The position numbers and the translations under genes are program-made. Shown one piece after another: positions 61,968 through 64,000 of a stretch of 64,000 nt of DNA. Within the stretch, counting starts at the first letter, position 1; every line of letters begins with the position of its first letter. Below the pieces are notes generated by a model that worked only from the letters and a program-made list of their open reading frames with translations, ran no database searches and was not told where the DNA came from. Source of the DNA: Blepharisma stoltei ATCC 30299 (taxonomy: Eukaryota; Protista; Ciliophora); the NCBI GenBank assembly GCA_965603825.1, contig CBFDEM010000028.1, positions 496,001 through 560,000 on the forward strand, given 5' to 3'.

Positions 61968-63176
61968 TTATAATTTACGTTTAGTTTTGCCTATCGATTT
62001 AAGCTCATTTTCTTCATCTATATCTGGAGGGACATCCAAAGCTAATTGGATTTTTGAGAAAAATAGTGGTAAAAGTCCTGCACATATATAAGCAATTAAA
62101 AATAACGGAAAGGCGTATTTTCACATGTACTCTGTTGTGGTGTCCTCTGCTACTATTAAGCTGAACAGCTTATATATTCCAATGCTAATACCAGCAGAAA
62201 TCGCATACCTGAGAAAACTTTTCCATAAACTTGTGCACCCCCAAAACATCGATAAATATTTTGCAGTAAACATAGACCCAGTCACAAACCCTAAATTATA
62301 AAAAATCCAAGCAGACTTATAAAATGTAGACGCCCCGCCTACATCATAATTCCAGTTACAATGTGTCGTCGCATTTTTTATCCATGAAATATCAGTCGCA
62401 TGATTTAGTGTAACAATATCATATATAGATACTACCCCTAGCAATAAAAACATAGTCACAATAAATCAATAAACCACATAAACTCTATTAGTTTTGTAAT
62501 TAAAGCAGCTTTTTAATGTAAAATCCATCATAAGTTTGTCAAACACAAATAAAGCTGTCAAATAAATAAAAGCATAGCAAAATGTAATAAAAATTTGATG
62601 CGGGAAATATTCTCCTAGATATACGGTGCCGCAGCTTAAAAGGATAAGCAGAGTTACTGTCAAAGAATAAGCAAGAATTCGAAATCTGCTGCGGTGAAAA
62701 AATTCAATCGCAGTGGTGCAGTATAATACGGAACCTAATAAAATTTCTGCAGCTGGATTCGCATAGCCTGACCTGCATAGCACACTTCTTAAATCATCAT
62801 CAACCCAAAATGGCCGTGGCTCTTTGTAAAATAAAGCAATAAAGCTATACAAGTACATTGAGAAGCAAGAAATAAATATCACTTTAATTCCTCTCCTTGG
62901 ATCACATAGGTGATAAAAAGCTGGTGCTACAGCAATCAGCATTCATTCTGTGCCGAGATAAGAAACCAGCCTAAAAAAATCTTTTCCACTATCAGTTCGG
63001 TCTTGTTGGAGATCATAAATAAATCCTGTTCCTCAATTTGATAAGACTTCTCTTAAGAGACCTTCTAGAGGAATTATAAAAAGTAAGGTAACTAATGCTA
63101 AAATACGGACGAGGATTGAGGTTTTCACTAAAGTGTCATCAGCTATTTTTGGCACAAAAGCATTGCCTCGTTTCAT
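61968..63176 (-). CDS. PAP2-superfamily multi-pass membrane protein, probably catalytically inactive (~402 aa; 4 TGA=Trp)
   Basis: YKEPRPFW, C..GYANP, VYLGEYFPHQI occupy the C1/C2/C3 positions; ATG 63176, TAA 61968. Confidence 0.8.
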
Positions 63177-63214
63177 TTATATTTTAATAATAATTTTATA
63201 TTAAACTAAGCTGG

Positions 63215-64000
63215 CTAATCAAGTCTATATGCCAACATAGGCTTCGCGTTCTTTTTAAATGAACTTTCGTTGAACCCAGTTTTGAACTTAAACTGCTTCG
63301 TGACTGGAGTAATTGGAGTATACTTCATATTAGGCATAGTGACTTGTAAAGAATCAGTCAAAACATCAGATTTCTCATCATAAGGGCCTTTTGCTAAAAA
63401 TCTGGCTAAACCTGACATTTCTTCTTCATTCTGCTGTGGTGCTATACCAGACATAGAATGTGTATGCTTCTTTTCATAGTCTTTTTTTCTTGAGTAAAAT
63501 GAGGTGAATGATGTTTGAGAGATTTTGGAGTCCGATAGCATTGACATAGAAGATGCATCTGGGAGAATTCTTTCATAGAGCTGAGGCTGAAATGTGCACT
63601 CGTCTAATTCTTTGTTTTTATTTTTGCTTTTCTTTTCTTCGATTTTAGAATTTTTCTTTTCAAGCCAGATGTGAGTGCGGTCAATGACACTTAAATTTGA
63701 CTTGTCAATTGATTCATTTTTGGCTTCTACTGTAGGGTTTTTTTGGTCTGTTTCGTTAGTGCCAAAAGAATGAGGGCGGGCTTTCAATGAGTCCAGAAGG
63801 CTTTCTGTTGATATTCTAAGCGATCCAGATGCTCGATTGGATTTTTCAATAACTTCAATTTTCTTTTGTACTTTAATTTCGACGTTCTGCTTATCTTTTA
63901 TTTTTGCAGCAAGTTTTCTCGACCTAGGATTAATTTCTGGAGCTTGTCGTAGCTCACTTACTTCTTTGGCCTGCTTTTCTAAAACTTTAAGATTGAGTTT
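63215..64000 (-). CDS. Hypothetical protein, 5'-truncated by the window edge
   Basis: Frame of ORF 63215..63787 appears open to the window end; contains ELDECTFQPQL, a motif type seen in ciliary microtubule-associated proteins. Confidence 0.65.
   Translation of the reverse strand, partial: KLNLKVLEKQAKEVSELRQAPEINPRSRKLAAKIKDKQNVEIKVQKKIEVIEKSNRASGSLRISTESLLDSLKARPHSFGTNETDQKNPTVEAKNESIDKSNLSVIDRTHIWLEKKNSKIEEKKSKNKNKELDECTFQPQLYERILPDASSMSMLSDSKISQTSFTSFYSRKKDYEKKHTHSMSGIAPQQNEEEMSGLARFLAKGPYDEKSDVLTDSLQVTMPNMKYTPITPVTKQFKFKTGFNESSFKKNAKPMLAYRLD

Noticed and set aside
1-64000. tRNA/rRNA genes, telomeric repeats, transposases, CRISPR arrays
   Set aside because: None recognised on manual reading; a tRNAscan-SE/Rfam scan is needed to exclude small RNAs

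Overview
Gene-dense, AT-rich eukaryotic DNA with about 40 protein-coding genes and many intergenic gaps of only 8-100 bp. The supplied ORF track fragments most genes because in-frame TGA is read as Trp: by manual count about 65-70 TGAs, many at invariant Trp positions. Every gene ends in TAA or TAG. Six 15-nt GT-AG introns share the consensus GTAWNNNYTATNTAG. UGA=Trp plus 15-nt introns points to the macronuclear genome of a heterotrich ciliate, most likely Blepharisma (inference). Housekeeping genes include RPL36, RPS28, RPL8, eIF2-beta, RER1, Rab8, UBC12, TIP41 and a GST. Ciliary genes include a ~4,340-aa DNAH1-like inner-arm dynein, CEP104, CCDC81, an ODA docking-complex-like protein and NICN1. 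There are also transporters, a CNBD K+ channel and several ubiquitin-system proteins. The most notable item is an RBBP6/Mpe1-like protein (DWNN-RING) fused to a divergent YTH RNA-binding domain and an RS tail. Also found: a receptor-like EGF-TM-RING-H2 ligase, a PAP2 pseudo-phosphatase, a 58-aa ORF 27 bp head-to-head with the dynein gene, and a decayed Rab pseudogene. I recognised no tRNA, rRNA, transposon, telomere or CRISPR sequence. All calls come from manual reading and recalled family motifs; no searches were run.
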